This document shows positions 10,734 to 21,512 of a DNA stretch of 64,000 nt, piece after piece. Every line of letters starts with the position of its first letter. The stretch's first letter is position 1. A program made the translations under genes and the position numbers. The stretch is from Porphyridium purpureum (Eukaryota): NCBI GenBank assembly GCA_008690995.1, contig VRMN01000001.1:868001-932000 (forward strand). The letters are read 5' to 3'. Under the pieces are notes generated by a model, which saw only the letters and a program-made list of their open reading frames with translations, searched no databases and was not told where the DNA came from.

Positions 10734-12506
10734 ATGTTTATCCCTTGCATCTGGTCGACTCAGACGCCGGCGTTTTGTACGCCGACGTGTCCGCGACAGC
10801 AGGCAAAGGCGCACAAGCTGCACTTGAACAGGGTTTGCATGCAGGCGACCGCGAAGTCACAAAGTGGTAAAGAACAGCAGGCGGATGCAGACGTGATTGT
10901 GATCGGGTCTGGGATAGGGGGGCTCGTGACGGCTACGCAGCTGGCGCGAAAGGGGGCGCGCGTGCTGGTGCTGGAACAATATATTATCCCGGGCGGCTCA
11001 GCGGGCGCGTTTTCTCGCGACGGATATGTTTTTGACGTGGGGGCGTCGATGATCTTCGGATTTGGGACAGAGGGTTCAACCAATCTGCTGACACGTGCAC
11101 TAGCCGACGTGAATCGCTCCATTGAGACATTTCCAGATCCCGTACAAATCAATTATCACCTGCCGAATGCGCTGCAACTGCGCGTGCACAAGGACTACGA
11201 GAAGTACGTCCAGGAGCTTAGTGCTCGATTTCCTCATGAGGAAAAGGGCATTCGCAGGTTCTACAAAGAGTGCTGGAATGTGTTCAACAGCCTCAATGCA
11301 ATGGAACTGCTGTCGCTGGAAGAGCCGAGATACTTGTGGAACGTCTTCCTGGAAAACCCGATTGGATGCCTGCAACTACTCCGGTATTTCCCGCAGAATG
11401 TTGGCGACGTTGCGCGCAAACATATCGAGGACAAGGAGTTGCTTCACTATATCGACATTGACTGCTACCTATGGTCTGTTGTAAAGGGCGACCGTACGCC
11501 CATGATCAATGCCGGCATGGTGTTCTGCGATCGGCATTACGGTGGAATTAATTACCCCAAGGGCGGGGTGGGCAAAATCGCTGAGGAGCTCGCGGCTTCG
11601 CTCGCAGATTTTGGATCCCAAATTCAGTACAAGAAGCGGGTGCGTGAAATCGTGCTGGATAACGGGAAGGCTGCCGGCGTACTGCTCGCCGACGGAACAG
11701 AGTTGCGCGCTCCAGTGATTGTTTCGAATGCAACAAGATGGAACACCTTTGGCTCTCTAATTAAGCCCGAGCAAGTGCCAGCGTCCGAGCAGAAATGGCG
11801 GGAGCGTTACGAAAAGTCACCCTCGTTTCTGAGCCTTCACCTTGGCGTCGATGCTAGTGTGATTCCCTCGTCCGCACGACATCAGCAGGAGCAGCGACAA
11901 GGCCATGCGCCTCAGGAACATGTAGAGGACTGTCATCATATTGTGCTGGAAGACTGGGCTCATATGGAAGATGCTTCGGATGCGACAGGTACCCTTTTCC
12001 TCTCCATTCCGACGCTTCTCGACCCCACGCTAGCGCCTCCCGGAAAGCACATTTTCCACATGTTTACGCCGTCAAACATCGAGGACTGGGAAGGTCTGAG
12101 CCCATCAGAGTACGAAGCCAAGAAGACGCGTCTAGCAGACCGACTCATTGCCAGGCTTGAACGCGCCCATTTCCCAGGCCTCGCGTCCAAAGTCGAACTG
12201 AAGATTGTCGGCACGCCACGCACGCATCGTCGCTTTTTGGGACGGTCTGACGGCAGCTACGGCCCTGTACCAGCGCACAAGCTGTGGGGCCTCGTGAGTA
12301 TGCCATTCAATCGCACGGATATTGAGGGTCTGTACTGCGTTGGCGACAGCGCGTTTCCCGGCCAGGGACTAAATGCGGTTGCGTTTTCCGGATACGCGTG
12401 CGCGCATCGCGTTGCTTGCGATCTGGGACTCGTTGGCAAGATGCCCGTCATTGGCGACGCGCTTGCAAACCTCCTGTCGAAGACCCGTCTAAAGATTGAG
12501 CGCTAG
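10734..12506 (+). CDS. CRTISO: Prolycopene/carotenoid isomerase (CrtH/CRTISO), plastid-targeted
   Basis: VIGSGIGG FAD motif, FDVGASMIFGFG, TPMINAGMVFCDRHYGGINYPKGGVG, GTPRTHRRFL, VGDSAFPGQGLNAVAFSG. Confidence 0.95.
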   Translation: MFIPCIWSTQTPAFCTPTCPRQQAKAHKLHLNRVCMQATAKSQSGKEQQADADVIVIGSGIGGLVTATQLARKGARVLVLEQYIIPGGSAGAFSRDGYVFDVGASMIFGFGTEGSTNLLTRALADVNRSIETFPDPVQINYHLPNALQLRVHKDYEKYVQELSARFPHEEKGIRRFYKECWNVFNSLNAMELLSLEEPRYLWNVFLENPIGCLQLLRYFPQNVGDVARKHIEDKELLHYIDIDCYLWSVVKGDRTPMINAGMVFCDRHYGGINYPKGGVGKIAEELAASLADFGSQIQYKKRVREIVLDNGKAAGVLLADGTELRAPVIVSNATRWNTFGSLIKPEQVPASEQKWRERYEKSPSFLSLHLGVDASVIPSSARHQQEQRQGHAPQEHVEDCHHIVLEDWAHMEDASDATGTLFLSIPTLLDPTLAPPGKHIFHMFTPSNIEDWEGLSPSEYEAKKTRLADRLIARLERAHFPGLASKVELKIVGTPRTHRRFLGRSDGSYGPVPAHKLWGLVSMPFNRTDIEGLYCVGDSAFPGQGLNAVAFSGYACAHRVACDLGLVGKMPVIGDALANLLSKTRLKIER

Positions 12507-12614
12507 GTAATGTAGCTTGCCGCCTGTCTGCACTTTAGAAATGCCATGGTTGGTGCCACATTTGAGTGAAGCGGGCGCGAACGAAAACAGAGTAGTTAGG
12601 AACACTCATTCACC

Positions 12615-13817
12615 ATGTTCGAGCTACCAGAGTCCCTTATACGCACAGTGCCGGAGTATCGCTTGCGCGGAGTGGTGCCTCCCTGGCGCGACGTATTGCG
12701 GGCGACACCTCGGTTAGACGCTGCAACGGGAAAGATCGAGCAGCGCCAGGACGTGGCCTACTATAAAGTGGCGGACGTGGGGAGCTCGACCGTCGGTGAT
12801 CGTGTGTATGCGCTGCAGCTTACGTGCCGCTCTGGAGCGACAGCAGTATTTCTCACGTATGGCGCGAGTGTGGCCTGGCTCAGTGACACAGATACGCTCG
12901 AACAGGGCACTTCGTATGTACTCAGCTATGAAACAGTGGATGAATACCTGGAGAGCGACGCGTACTTGGGAGCATCCGTGGGGCGAGTATGCAATCGCGT
13001 GAGTCCGATACATGTTCAGGACTCACACTCGGCCTTTCTGCTGCATCCAAACCATCGGGCCGGGCACGTTGCGCACCATGGCGGACAAGCCGGTTGGAGC
13101 ATGCGCCTGTGGAACATTGAAACCATCGAGGCGGATGCAAGTAACGATCAGCTCATGCTCAAGATGAGCTATCTATCTCCGCACGGTGAACAGGGTTACA
13201 ACGGGAGCGTCAGGTGCGAGGCAGTTTACACTCTGAAGGCCTGTGGTGACAAGTCGCTGCGACTCTCGGTTGAGTACCAAACCACAGCGTTGAATGCTCC
13301 CACGCATGTGAATGTGACCTGCCATCCGTACTTTAATCTTGAGCGTGCGCAGAGCTCGGTGCTCGATTCTCACTTTGTTGCACAGCTTCCATGCGCTAAC
13401 CACGTGATGGAAGTTGACGGTGCTCAGATTCCGTCGGGAAAGATGCTTCCAACCGCAGGCACACCGTTGGAGCTTCAGCAAGGAGTTATCCTGTCAGAGA
13501 GCGCGCCGAGAGACGGATACGACAGCTTCTACGTCTTTAGCACGACGTGCGCGCTCGAGGAGGGCTGCAGCAGAAACAGAGTCATGAGCCTTGGCTCCAC
13601 GAACGGAACCAGATTGACCGTCAGTTCGAACCAGCCCGGCTTTCAGTTTTACACAGGAAATTTCCTGGGAAATCGTGGGATGCTCGTCAGGCACCAGGGC
13701 GTCTGCGTCGAGCCGTCTCTGCTTCTGAATGCAGCAACGTGGGAATCACCCCCAAGCACGCTCTTGCCCATTGGAGAGACTCTTATACAGACAATACACT
13801 ATGAGCTCGCGTGGTAG
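12615..13817 (+). CDS. Aldose 1-epimerase (galactose mutarotase family)
   Basis: YLGASVGRVCNR, HHGG, VNVTCHPYFNL, DGYDSFYV, NQPGFQFYTGNFL, GVCVEP. Confidence 0.9.
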   Translation: MFELPESLIRTVPEYRLRGVVPPWRDVLRATPRLDAATGKIEQRQDVAYYKVADVGSSTVGDRVYALQLTCRSGATAVFLTYGASVAWLSDTDTLEQGTSYVLSYETVDEYLESDAYLGASVGRVCNRVSPIHVQDSHSAFLLHPNHRAGHVAHHGGQAGWSMRLWNIETIEADASNDQLMLKMSYLSPHGEQGYNGSVRCEAVYTLKACGDKSLRLSVEYQTTALNAPTHVNVTCHPYFNLERAQSSVLDSHFVAQLPCANHVMEVDGAQIPSGKMLPTAGTPLELQQGVILSESAPRDGYDSFYVFSTTCALEEGCSRNRVMSLGSTNGTRLTVSSNQPGFQFYTGNFLGNRGMLVRHQGVCVEPSLLLNAATWESPPSTLLPIGETLIQTIHYELAW

Positions 13818-14229
13818 GTATCGATTGAACAGGTCGCACGACACCAAGATTCTAGCTCGTAAAAGGTGAAATTTTATTTGAAGTCGCGAAGGTCTGCTGC
13901 CGTTCTCTGATGGTGCGGTATTAACACACATTCGGGAGACCAACTGTGTTTCTTTTCCTGGCCTCTTGAAGGAGACCAAACGGAGCGGTCTTTCGATCGA
14001 TTCGAACGCACGCTGCACAAACACGGCTCGTTCTCAGACCGCATGAGCCGCCGCGAAATCTCGAGACCGCCGGAGTCTGAGCGCCAAGCAAGCACGCGCG
14101 TGCTCGTCCCGCGTCCCGTGAGGCTGTCCCTTACCCCATCGCGCAGCCGAACGCAGGTTCATGACCAGACTGACCGCTCCGCCTTCGCCGAACAAACAAA
14201 ACCACACCGTACATGCCGCCGGAACCCGC

Positions 14230-14382
14230 TTAGAAGCCCAGCTTGGTTCTCCTCCAGTGGCGCTTCATGTTGTAGCGCACCTTGGTGTCGGTTTTCATGC
14301 GATACCAGTACGGCGCGGAGCGATTCTGCTTCAGCTTCTTCCCAAGCTTCTGCTTGATCTTGAACGTCTTGTGCGAAGGCAT
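14230..14382 (-). CDS. RPL39: 60S ribosomal protein eL39
   Basis: [50 protein letters not shown] (50 aa, ATG at 14382). Confidence 0.96.
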   Translation of the reverse strand: MPSHKTFKIKQKLGKKLKQNRSAPYWYRMKTDTKVRYNMKRHWRRTKLGF

Positions 14383-14878
14383 TGTATCTCCCCACTCCGC
14401 ACTGCTTCCTCCTCCTTCCCTCCCTCGTTGCCTCGTTGTCCCCACCCACACAGCCCAGTCCCGCCACACCGCGCCAAGCCTTGCCCACCTCTTCCATCCC
14501 CTCCTTTTACTCTTGCGAGACACGCACTACTGAAATGTTCTATCAAAACGTCCTCATTACAAACCAAGCTGCTGTAGCGATTCGCGCTTGCACGAGCGGC
14601 GCTTCGGCGGCGCCGGCGCAGGAGGTACAGCGCCATCCACCAGAGCGCGCGGTACAGTTGTTCTCTGTTGTGTGGCGCGCGTGTTCAGTGCGCGCATGAG
14701 GTGTTTGTGAGTTGTCACGCAGCGCACCGCGCGACACGGCGTTATATAATAAGGTCTGAAGTAACGCGCATAACGGACGGCGACGCGTGCTGAAATTCGG
14801 CACGGCTGATAGTATTTGCTGCTCGGGGGATGAGAGGAAGGCGGCATGGAAGCGTCGAAGATGGGTGGATGAGTGGGG

Positions 14879-14894
14879 GTGTGTGTGTGTGTGT
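14879..14894. repeat. (GT)8 microsatellite, followed by a GTT/GGT low-complexity tract
   Basis: Seen directly. Confidence 0.9.
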
Positions 14895-15169
14895 GATTGG
14901 GTCTGCACAGATTCCGCACCTTGTTGGTCTTGCTTGGTAGTTGTTGTGGTAGAAGTAGTAGTTGTTACTGTTGTTGTTGTTGGTGGTGGTGTTCTCCTTG
15001 TTTTCTCTTGCAGGAAGACACGCTGGACGCCAGGGATATCTTGACCGCGGGGTGGCCGGCCGGAACGGCGGCCGAACAGCTGCCGCGAATCAAGTTTGTG
15101 AGCGCGAGCTCATCGCTGTGTGCTGCGCGCCACGCACACGGCACCGTCGACGGGGACGCCGCTCCGGCA

Positions 15170-17944
15170 ATGGGGGCGGCAAAGCTGGCGTCTCGGCGGA
15201 GCTCGCAACTTGGTCCGCAGAACCAGAGCGCTGACGCTTCACACAAAAAGCAGACACAGCTCCAGCTGGTCGGGAAGTCTCAGTCCAGTCCAATCGCACA
15301 GCCGTTAGCACACGGCCGCCGCGCGCTTCAGCAGGAGTCAGAGCATGAGCTCCAACCACGCGGAAGTTCCTCGGCGCCAGATCTCAAGCAGCATGGAGGA
15401 TCGGAGCAGGAGCAGAGTATAGGGTTTGGCGGCCAGTGGATCACGCCGCTGGGGAAGAAAACACCGTTGGAGTGGTCCGAGCGCGGCATGCCGACTGGAG
15501 ACGCTGCCTTTCAGTTTCCGGCAAAGGCCATTCTCAACCTAGGCAATACCTGCTACCTGAATGCATCTCTGCAGTGCCTGCTGCATTGCGCGCCGTTTGC
15601 GGTCGCACTGGCTACTAGTGCGCATCGGGACTCGTGCCAGATTAAGCAAACGTTTTGCGCGCAGTGTTTCCTGGAATCATTTGCACATTCCATGTATTCG
15701 GGCTCGAACACCAAGCCCGCAGTGCTGGCACCAAAAGCTATGGTGTCCAACATCCGCTCCATCTGCCGCAGCTTTCGCGTCGGTCACCAGGAAGATGCAC
15801 ATGAATTCATTCGGCATTTACTCGACTGCGTTATTAAGAATAGTCTCGGGCTCAAGAACGCGCATGCAGCGCGACTATCCCTAAGTCGAGAATTCACATC
15901 CTTTGTGCACTCGATTTTTGGCGGCTGCCTGCAAAACGAAGTACGGTGCGAAAGCTGTGGTCACGTCAGTATGACGACCCAGCCATTTTTGGATTTGTCA
16001 TTAGAAGTGGGACCACGTACCACTTCGGTTCAGCAGTCGCTGGAATTATTTTTCAAGGCGGAAAGACTCGACGGTTCGAACAAGTACAGATGCTCGTCGT
16101 GCAAGAAGCTCGTGGTTGCAACTAAGAGACTTGCCGTACGGCGGGCGCCTAATGTGCTTTCGCTTCACCTCAAGCGTTTTGATGGGGCTCGCAAGAATAA
16201 TCGATACATTGAGTATGGTCATGTCGTGAGTCTGGAAAGGGGCATGCCTCCCGAATACGCCGTGGCGCTGCGGAATGGAAAGATCATCTCGCGTCAGAAT
16301 GGAAAGCATGGAAACGTGGACGATGCCAATGTATGTCTAAAATACCGACTGAGCGGCGTTGTGGTGCATGACGGCTCTTCTGTGCATTCTGGCCACTACT
16401 TTGCGTATGTGAAGGAGGGCAACGGCAAATGGTTTTTGAAGGATGACTCGCGGAGCCAGCAGGTGTCAGACAATGCGGCGTTGAAGCAGCGTGCGTATTT
16501 ACTATTTTTTGTGCGAATGTCGGCAGCGCATTCGCAGCAAGAACGCAGTGCTAAGTTGGTGAATGGTGTGTATGATGATGTGAGACGATCCAATACACCA
16601 TCATCAACTGAGAATGATCACAAAGATCCGTTGGATGATGACGATGAGTCTTCAAGTAGTCAAGACAGTGACTTTAAGGTCGATGAGAGCAGCAGCGACA
16701 GCGGTAGTGATAGTAGCGGCGAGAAGGAAAGTAGCAGTGAAAGCGATATAGAGAGCAGCACAAGCTGGAGTTCTAATGCGAGCAGCAGAAGCACCTCAAG
16801 CACCGGGAGCGCTCTTAAGCACAAGCGTAGACGCAACTTGGATGGGAATGAGACACCTTCATCATCCTTGCCAGCACCGTCTGCTTCTCCGACTGATACT
16901 TTGGAGCGCATCGGTTCCAGGGGTGCCAAGAAGTCCAAACTGCAAGCGCGCGATCACGTAGAACCGGCATCTGTTCATAACTTGTCCGGTCAAAATGGCG
17001 GGAAAGCAGAGACTGAGCAGTCACTGGCCATAGTACTCTCTCCGAAGGGATCTACTCTCTCTCCGCGGGAAAGGAGCAGCACGTCTTCCTTTGCAAATAT
17101 TCCGGCGCGAGTGCTTGAACAGCTGGAGAAAGGATCTGGCGCGTGGCCTGTGAAGAGCGTAACTTCAAATTTCAAGAAGCTTGTGGCGATGTGGATGAAG
17201 TCCAAGCAGAAAAAGAGCCGCTCGCTGTCGCTCAATGGGAGTAATGGAAGCAATGGCAGTGGAAGCCATGGGCTTGGAAGTCCGCGAAGTGTAGGCAAGT
17301 CTCAGTCACCGAGTTTGGCGCCATCTTTAGCGTCCTCTTCACCACCACGCTCACCTGCATCGAAGCACAAACGAGAAACTGCTTCTCCCGGTGATCTACC
17401 ATCCTTGCCGGCGAGTCCATCGAACGCAGTGACATCGAGAGGCACTGTATTTCAAGACGATGGGGTGGGTGGATGGGATTTGGCCCTGAGTGATGACGGC
17501 GGCGCGGGCCATCAAAAGCATGGGCCACAGACCACTTCTCGAGCCGTTCGCGGTCTGCGTGGCAGTTCAAATTCTTCATCCATTGTCAAGAGAGCGAGGA
17601 TGTCCGAATCTTGGGACGCGGAGTATGACAAAGGGAAGCAGAGAAAAGTGCGGAATCGGAATGGTGGCGGCGCCGTCTCTGAAGCCGCGTCAGACAATAG
17701 TCTCGCAGCGAATGAAGACGTGCTCGGCGGGAAGCCAGCTGGTCGATTGGAGAATGGCGCAGCTGGGCCGAATAATTTGTTTCAAAGAAGACAGCAAGAC
17801 AAAAAGAGCAGTGGCGGAGTTCGGGGCGGCACCGGAAAGCACCAGAATCGAAGCGCCACCATGACGCCAACCGGGCTTCGACGCAAAAGTGCTTCGCGAG
17901 GGGCTCGGACTGGCTCAAGGGGGCGAGGAAGAGGACGGGGGTAG
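15170..17944 (+). CDS. Ubiquitin-specific protease (USP36/USP42/UBP23-like)
   Basis: Cys box NLGNTCYLNASLQCL, GHQEDAHEF, His box VVVHDGSSVHSGHYFAYV, AYLLFF; C-terminal WDAEYDKGKQRKVR motif typical of this subfamily. First ATG at 15170; true start uncertain. Confidence 0.92.
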   Translation: MGAAKLASRRSSQLGPQNQSADASHKKQTQLQLVGKSQSSPIAQPLAHGRRALQQESEHELQPRGSSSAPDLKQHGGSEQEQSIGFGGQWITPLGKKTPLEWSERGMPTGDAAFQFPAKAILNLGNTCYLNASLQCLLHCAPFAVALATSAHRDSCQIKQTFCAQCFLESFAHSMYSGSNTKPAVLAPKAMVSNIRSICRSFRVGHQEDAHEFIRHLLDCVIKNSLGLKNAHAARLSLSREFTSFVHSIFGGCLQNEVRCESCGHVSMTTQPFLDLSLEVGPRTTSVQQSLELFFKAERLDGSNKYRCSSCKKLVVATKRLAVRRAPNVLSLHLKRFDGARKNNRYIEYGHVVSLERGMPPEYAVALRNGKIISRQNGKHGNVDDANVCLKYRLSGVVVHDGSSVHSGHYFAYVKEGNGKWFLKDDSRSQQVSDNAALKQRAYLLFFVRMSAAHSQQERSAKLVNGVYDDVRRSNTPSSTENDHKDPLDDDDESSSSQDSDFKVDESSSDSGSDSSGEKESSSESDIESSTSWSSNASSRSTSSTGSALKHKRRRNLDGNETPSSSLPAPSASPTDTLERIGSRGAKKSKLQARDHVEPASVHNLSGQNGGKAETEQSLAIVLSPKGSTLSPRERSSTSSFANIPARVLEQLEKGSGAWPVKSVTSNFKKLVAMWMKSKQKKSRSLSLNGSNGSNGSGSHGLGSPRSVGKSQSPSLAPSLASSSPPRSPASKHKRETASPGDLPSLPASPSNAVTSRGTVFQDDGVGGWDLALSDDGGAGHQKHGPQTTSRAVRGLRGSSNSSSIVKRARMSESWDAEYDKGKQRKVRNRNGGGAVSEAASDNSLAANEDVLGGKPAGRLENGAAGPNNLFQRRQQDKKSSGGVRGGTGKHQNRSATMTPTGLRRKSASRGARTGSRGRGRGRG

Positions 17945-18025
17945 CCCTTGATTTTGTTTGTAGTCAAATAACTAGGCTTACTGAAATCATGGCTTTAATA
18001 ACAGCGAAGAGTGTGCAGAGCAAGA

Positions 18026-18955
18026 TCACTTTTTCTTTCTCTCTTCGGCAGAAATGCTTTCGCGCACGAATTCGAGCAGGCGGCCGATCATGACACGATT
18101 CGGATCCCCCTGCCTAGTAGCACCGTCTGCTTCTGCCAAGACGACCGGACGTGCAAGGATCCGCGAGTCCTGATCGTCGGCTTTAGCGGAATCGACCTCG
18201 CCGCTCTGCGCAGTTTCTGCGGAATCAAAGTTGAGTCGACGAGCGACTGACGACAAGCCGGCCGGTCTGACAACATCTGCTCTTGTCTTCTCAATGGACA
18301 TGCGCTGCCACAGCGATTTTGCGGGGTCATTCGTCAACGTTGGGTCACTGGAAGATGCTTCGGACGCGCTCTCAGTGCGTCCAGAGCTCTTTTTCTGACT
18401 GCTGGAAGGGAGCACAGCCATTCTCGTCGAGATGTAGGCGTCGAGTTGCGAGCGCGCAAAGTCTGCCATCCCGCCCGTTCTTGAGCGGATGTTCTGGTGA
18501 CGCTTCCGCTGCTGCACCACAGGCTTCTTTGCAGCCGAAACAGCCTTCGCGTCCGCCACTTGTTTTGCGGCAGACGCTTCCCCTGGTTTTTCTTCGGGTT
18601 GCTGCTGCTGAGCCATCTCGACGTCAGAATTCACTGTCCATGCAGGTTCATCTTGTCCCTCGGAGCCGACCTGGTGGGTACTCTGTGACTGCCGCTGCCA
18701 TTTCTCAGCAAGTTCTCTTTCCTTTTCCTGGTTCAAGATGGCATTCTTCGCTGCGCCTTTTATTCTTTGAGCGACAAACGCGTCCAGCTGCGAGCGCGCA
18801 AAGTCTGCCATGCCGCACCTCCTCACCGTCGTTCTCATCAGCCCGCGAGTCGGCGCCGACGGCTTCCCAATACCGTGAACGGGCGGCAGCCGAGCCGCAT
18901 CCTGACGGTGGGCACCAGGAAGATGCCCAGGTCTTCGCGCGGAGGAAATCGCCAT
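18026..18955 (-). CDS. Hypothetical protein with a duplicated GMADFARSQLDA motif
   Basis: 309-aa ATG-initiated ORF filling the gap between USP and ThiO; internal peptide repeat with synonymous divergence at its edges. Confidence 0.75.
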   Translation of the reverse strand: MAISSARRPGHLPGAHRQDAARLPPVHGIGKPSAPTRGLMRTTVRRCGMADFARSQLDAFVAQRIKGAAKNAILNQEKERELAEKWQRQSQSTHQVGSEGQDEPAWTVNSDVEMAQQQQPEEKPGEASAAKQVADAKAVSAAKKPVVQQRKRHQNIRSRTGGMADFARSQLDAYISTRMAVLPSSSQKKSSGRTESASEASSSDPTLTNDPAKSLWQRMSIEKTRADVVRPAGLSSVARRLNFDSAETAQSGEVDSAKADDQDSRILARPVVLAEADGATRQGDPNRVMIGRLLEFVRESISAEERKKK

Positions 18956-19529
18956 GTTGAAGCGGTACGTTCCTCGCTGCCTCCAGTGTGCTTTCTTAAC
19001 AGCTGCTCTTCAATCTGTTTTCCACCCTTCACTTCTGTCACGTGGCTAGACCTCGGCAGCAGACGACGCAGCAGGCATGATGTGGCCAACCGCCAAGTCC
19101 CATCCTCTGCCTTTACCTCCAAGCGCGCGCGGGAAAAGACGACTCTCAAATACGAACGTAGGCGCTTGCCCTTTGTTTTCAGTTCTCCGCGTCACACTTT
19201 CGAGAACGCGCATTTTTTATTTTTTTTTGGCGCCAAAACGAAGAAGGTTCAGTTTAACTGTACACCATCCCGTGTTTCTGGGCACGTGGAAAGTAACTGT
19301 ACTTCCAAGGCAGAAGCTGTGTTTGTAGCCGGATGACATTACAATGCGTTCAAGAATGATGATGAGCCCTGTTTTGACTAAGACGGACAGACAAACGGAC
19401 GGACAGACCGGAGCCGATTTTGTTCGGGACGTTCGAGCTGGCTGGACGGCGTGAGAGGGAATGGATGGGAGTCTCGGAGTGTCGTGGCAGCACGCGTGGT
19501 GTGACGGGTGTGAGAGCGTCCGTGAAGAG

Positions 19530-21512
19530 ATGATGGCCGGGTTTGTGGGGACATGGTCTGTTGCGCGGGACTGCGCGCCGCGCCAGACGCTTCGTGTCTC
19601 GAGAATCAGCGTTGGTGGTCGTGGTGTTGCGCGACGAGGCGACGCGCATCGCCCGGCCGGGCCCGTGGAAGTGTCGCGCGCTGTGCGAAAGCATGTCATG
19701 AGCGCAGCTGGCACGCCAGGAGGCTCGCATTTGGCGTCTCCCGCGCAGCTCGCAGATGTTGTCGTGGTTGGTGCGGGTATCCACGGACTCGCCTGCGCGG
19801 TCGAGCTCGCACGGAGGGGCGCCGTCGTGACGGTGCTGAGCAGGGAATTGGCCGAATCGGCCACCCGCGCCGCGGCAGGAATGTTGGCGCCGCAGTCCGA
19901 GCAGATTGAGCAAGGCCCTTTACTTGACCTGTGCCTGCGCTCGCGTGATATGTACGCCGATTGGGTCCGGATGGTGAGCGCCTTGGCAGACGGCACGCCC
20001 GTTGATTACACCGCTCACGCAGATTTTCTGGTTCCCGTGATGCGCTCACTCAATGAGGAGCTCCAGCGTGAGTACTCGCCACCATTGTCGGCGGGCCCCA
20101 GCTCATTTCTTTCATCCCGGAGTGCCGTGCAGGCGGTCGACCCAGCGCTGTGCGGCCAAGACGTGCTCGGCGGATGGTGGTTTCCCACCGACGGGAAAGT
20201 TGACAACGTACAGCTACATGCAGCACTGTTGAATGCCGCTGAGCGACTAGGCGTTCGTGTCGTGCATGGCGCACATGTGGCCAGCCTGAGCATTGCCTCG
20301 TCGCCGCTCGCTCGCTTTCGCAAGTCGTCCCGAAACTCCCAAGTGGCACGCGGGGTTCTGACAACTGCGGGTGAGCTGTACATAGCGGATCATGTGCTGA
20401 TCACAAACGGAAGCTGGGCACGCTCCTTACTGGCAGTACCGGTGCGTCCGCTGAAGGGTCAAATGCTTTCGCTCGATCCTCCGCTTTCCTCCTCGGCCGC
20501 CGCACGCTCACCCGCACTCCGCAGCGTAGTGTTTGGGCCTGGCTCGTACTTGGTACCTCGACAAGATGGTCGAATCATTGTGGGGGCGACAGTGGAAGAT
20601 ATTGGCTTTGATGTGTCTGTCACGGCATCGGGAATCCACAAGTTGCTGGACACTGCCATTCGCATGGTCCCGTCGCTTGGTGACTACCAGCTCGGCAAAA
20701 CGTGGAGTGGATATCGGCCAACGACACCAGATCTTATGCCGATTTTGGGATCTGTACCGCACTATGAGAATGTAACCATAGCAACGGGCCATCACCGCAA
20801 CGGTATTCTGCTCGCTCCGATTACGGCGCAAATCATTGCCGATCAGATCATCATGGGCAAGCAGAGCTCGGAGGATCTGGACGCTCTACTTCAGGCTTTC
20901 CAGAGCGACCGATTCACAAATCATCCGGACTCGGTATCGCCGGGCAACTGGAAGGACCGGTTTTACAGTTCGCGCGCCAATGCTTTTTCAAAGGACTCGA
21001 CCCCGGCTCCGCTTGCGTCAAGCTCAAAAGTAGACACAATGACTAGCGCTACCCCGCAGGCAAAAGTCATGATGTGGCACATTCAAGAGGACGGCACCGA
21101 GGTTCCAGTCGAATACAAGAAACCGCCGCCTGCCTTGAGCGGAGATTATGGCGACACTAGCCCTGACCCGAACGATACAGAAGCAGCGCATGCGACCTCT
21201 GGCCGCCAACAAGGAAAGGTCTACAGTTCTGCCGAAGGCGACTCTGTCGAGTATGTGACTTCGGTTCCGAAACGTAATGGAGTTCATCGGCCGGGAAATA
21301 GCAACGATGCGTACGAGGATGTTATGCAGTTCCGCGGTGCGTCGGACAAGCAGCAGCGGATGTCAGAGGCGCTGGCAAAGAATCGATCATTTGGAAATAC
21401 AACAGGGAAACCAGGCTCGTCCGTGAGCAAAGAAGAGTGGGAGCATTTTGACAGGGTGTACGAGGAGACGATGCGCGATGCTAATAGTTTTCTGGACGGA
21501 ATCAGCTTTTGA
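19530..21512 (+). CDS. thiO: FAD-dependent glycine oxidase ThiO, plastid transit peptide, long C-terminal extension
   Basis: VVGAGIHG, ATRAAAGMLAP, DGKVDN, VRPLKGQM, YLVPRQDGRIIVGATVE, WSGYRPTTPD, ATGHHRNGILLAPITA. Start chosen at MMAGF (19530); 19461 is an alternative. Confidence 0.9.
   Translation: MMAGFVGTWSVARDCAPRQTLRVSRISVGGRGVARRGDAHRPAGPVEVSRAVRKHVMSAAGTPGGSHLASPAQLADVVVVGAGIHGLACAVELARRGAVVTVLSRELAESATRAAAGMLAPQSEQIEQGPLLDLCLRSRDMYADWVRMVSALADGTPVDYTAHADFLVPVMRSLNEELQREYSPPLSAGPSSFLSSRSAVQAVDPALCGQDVLGGWWFPTDGKVDNVQLHAALLNAAERLGVRVVHGAHVASLSIASSPLARFRKSSRNSQVARGVLTTAGELYIADHVLITNGSWARSLLAVPVRPLKGQMLSLDPPLSSSAAARSPALRSVVFGPGSYLVPRQDGRIIVGATVEDIGFDVSVTASGIHKLLDTAIRMVPSLGDYQLGKTWSGYRPTTPDLMPILGSVPHYENVTIATGHHRNGILLAPITAQIIADQIIMGKQSSEDLDALLQAFQSDRFTNHPDSVSPGNWKDRFYSSRANAFSKDSTPAPLASSSKVDTMTSATPQAKVMMWHIQEDGTEVPVEYKKPPPALSGDYGDTSPDPNDTEAAHATSGRQQGKVYSSAEGDSVEYVTSVPKRNGVHRPGNSNDAYEDVMQFRGASDKQQRMSEALAKNRSFGNTTGKPGSSVSKEEWEHFDRVYEETMRDANSFLDGISF

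Noticed and set aside
14897..15169. Cys/Trp-rich N-terminal extension of the USP ORF
   Set aside because: Non-ATG start and translation of a GTT/GGT low-complexity tract; probably UTR or intron.
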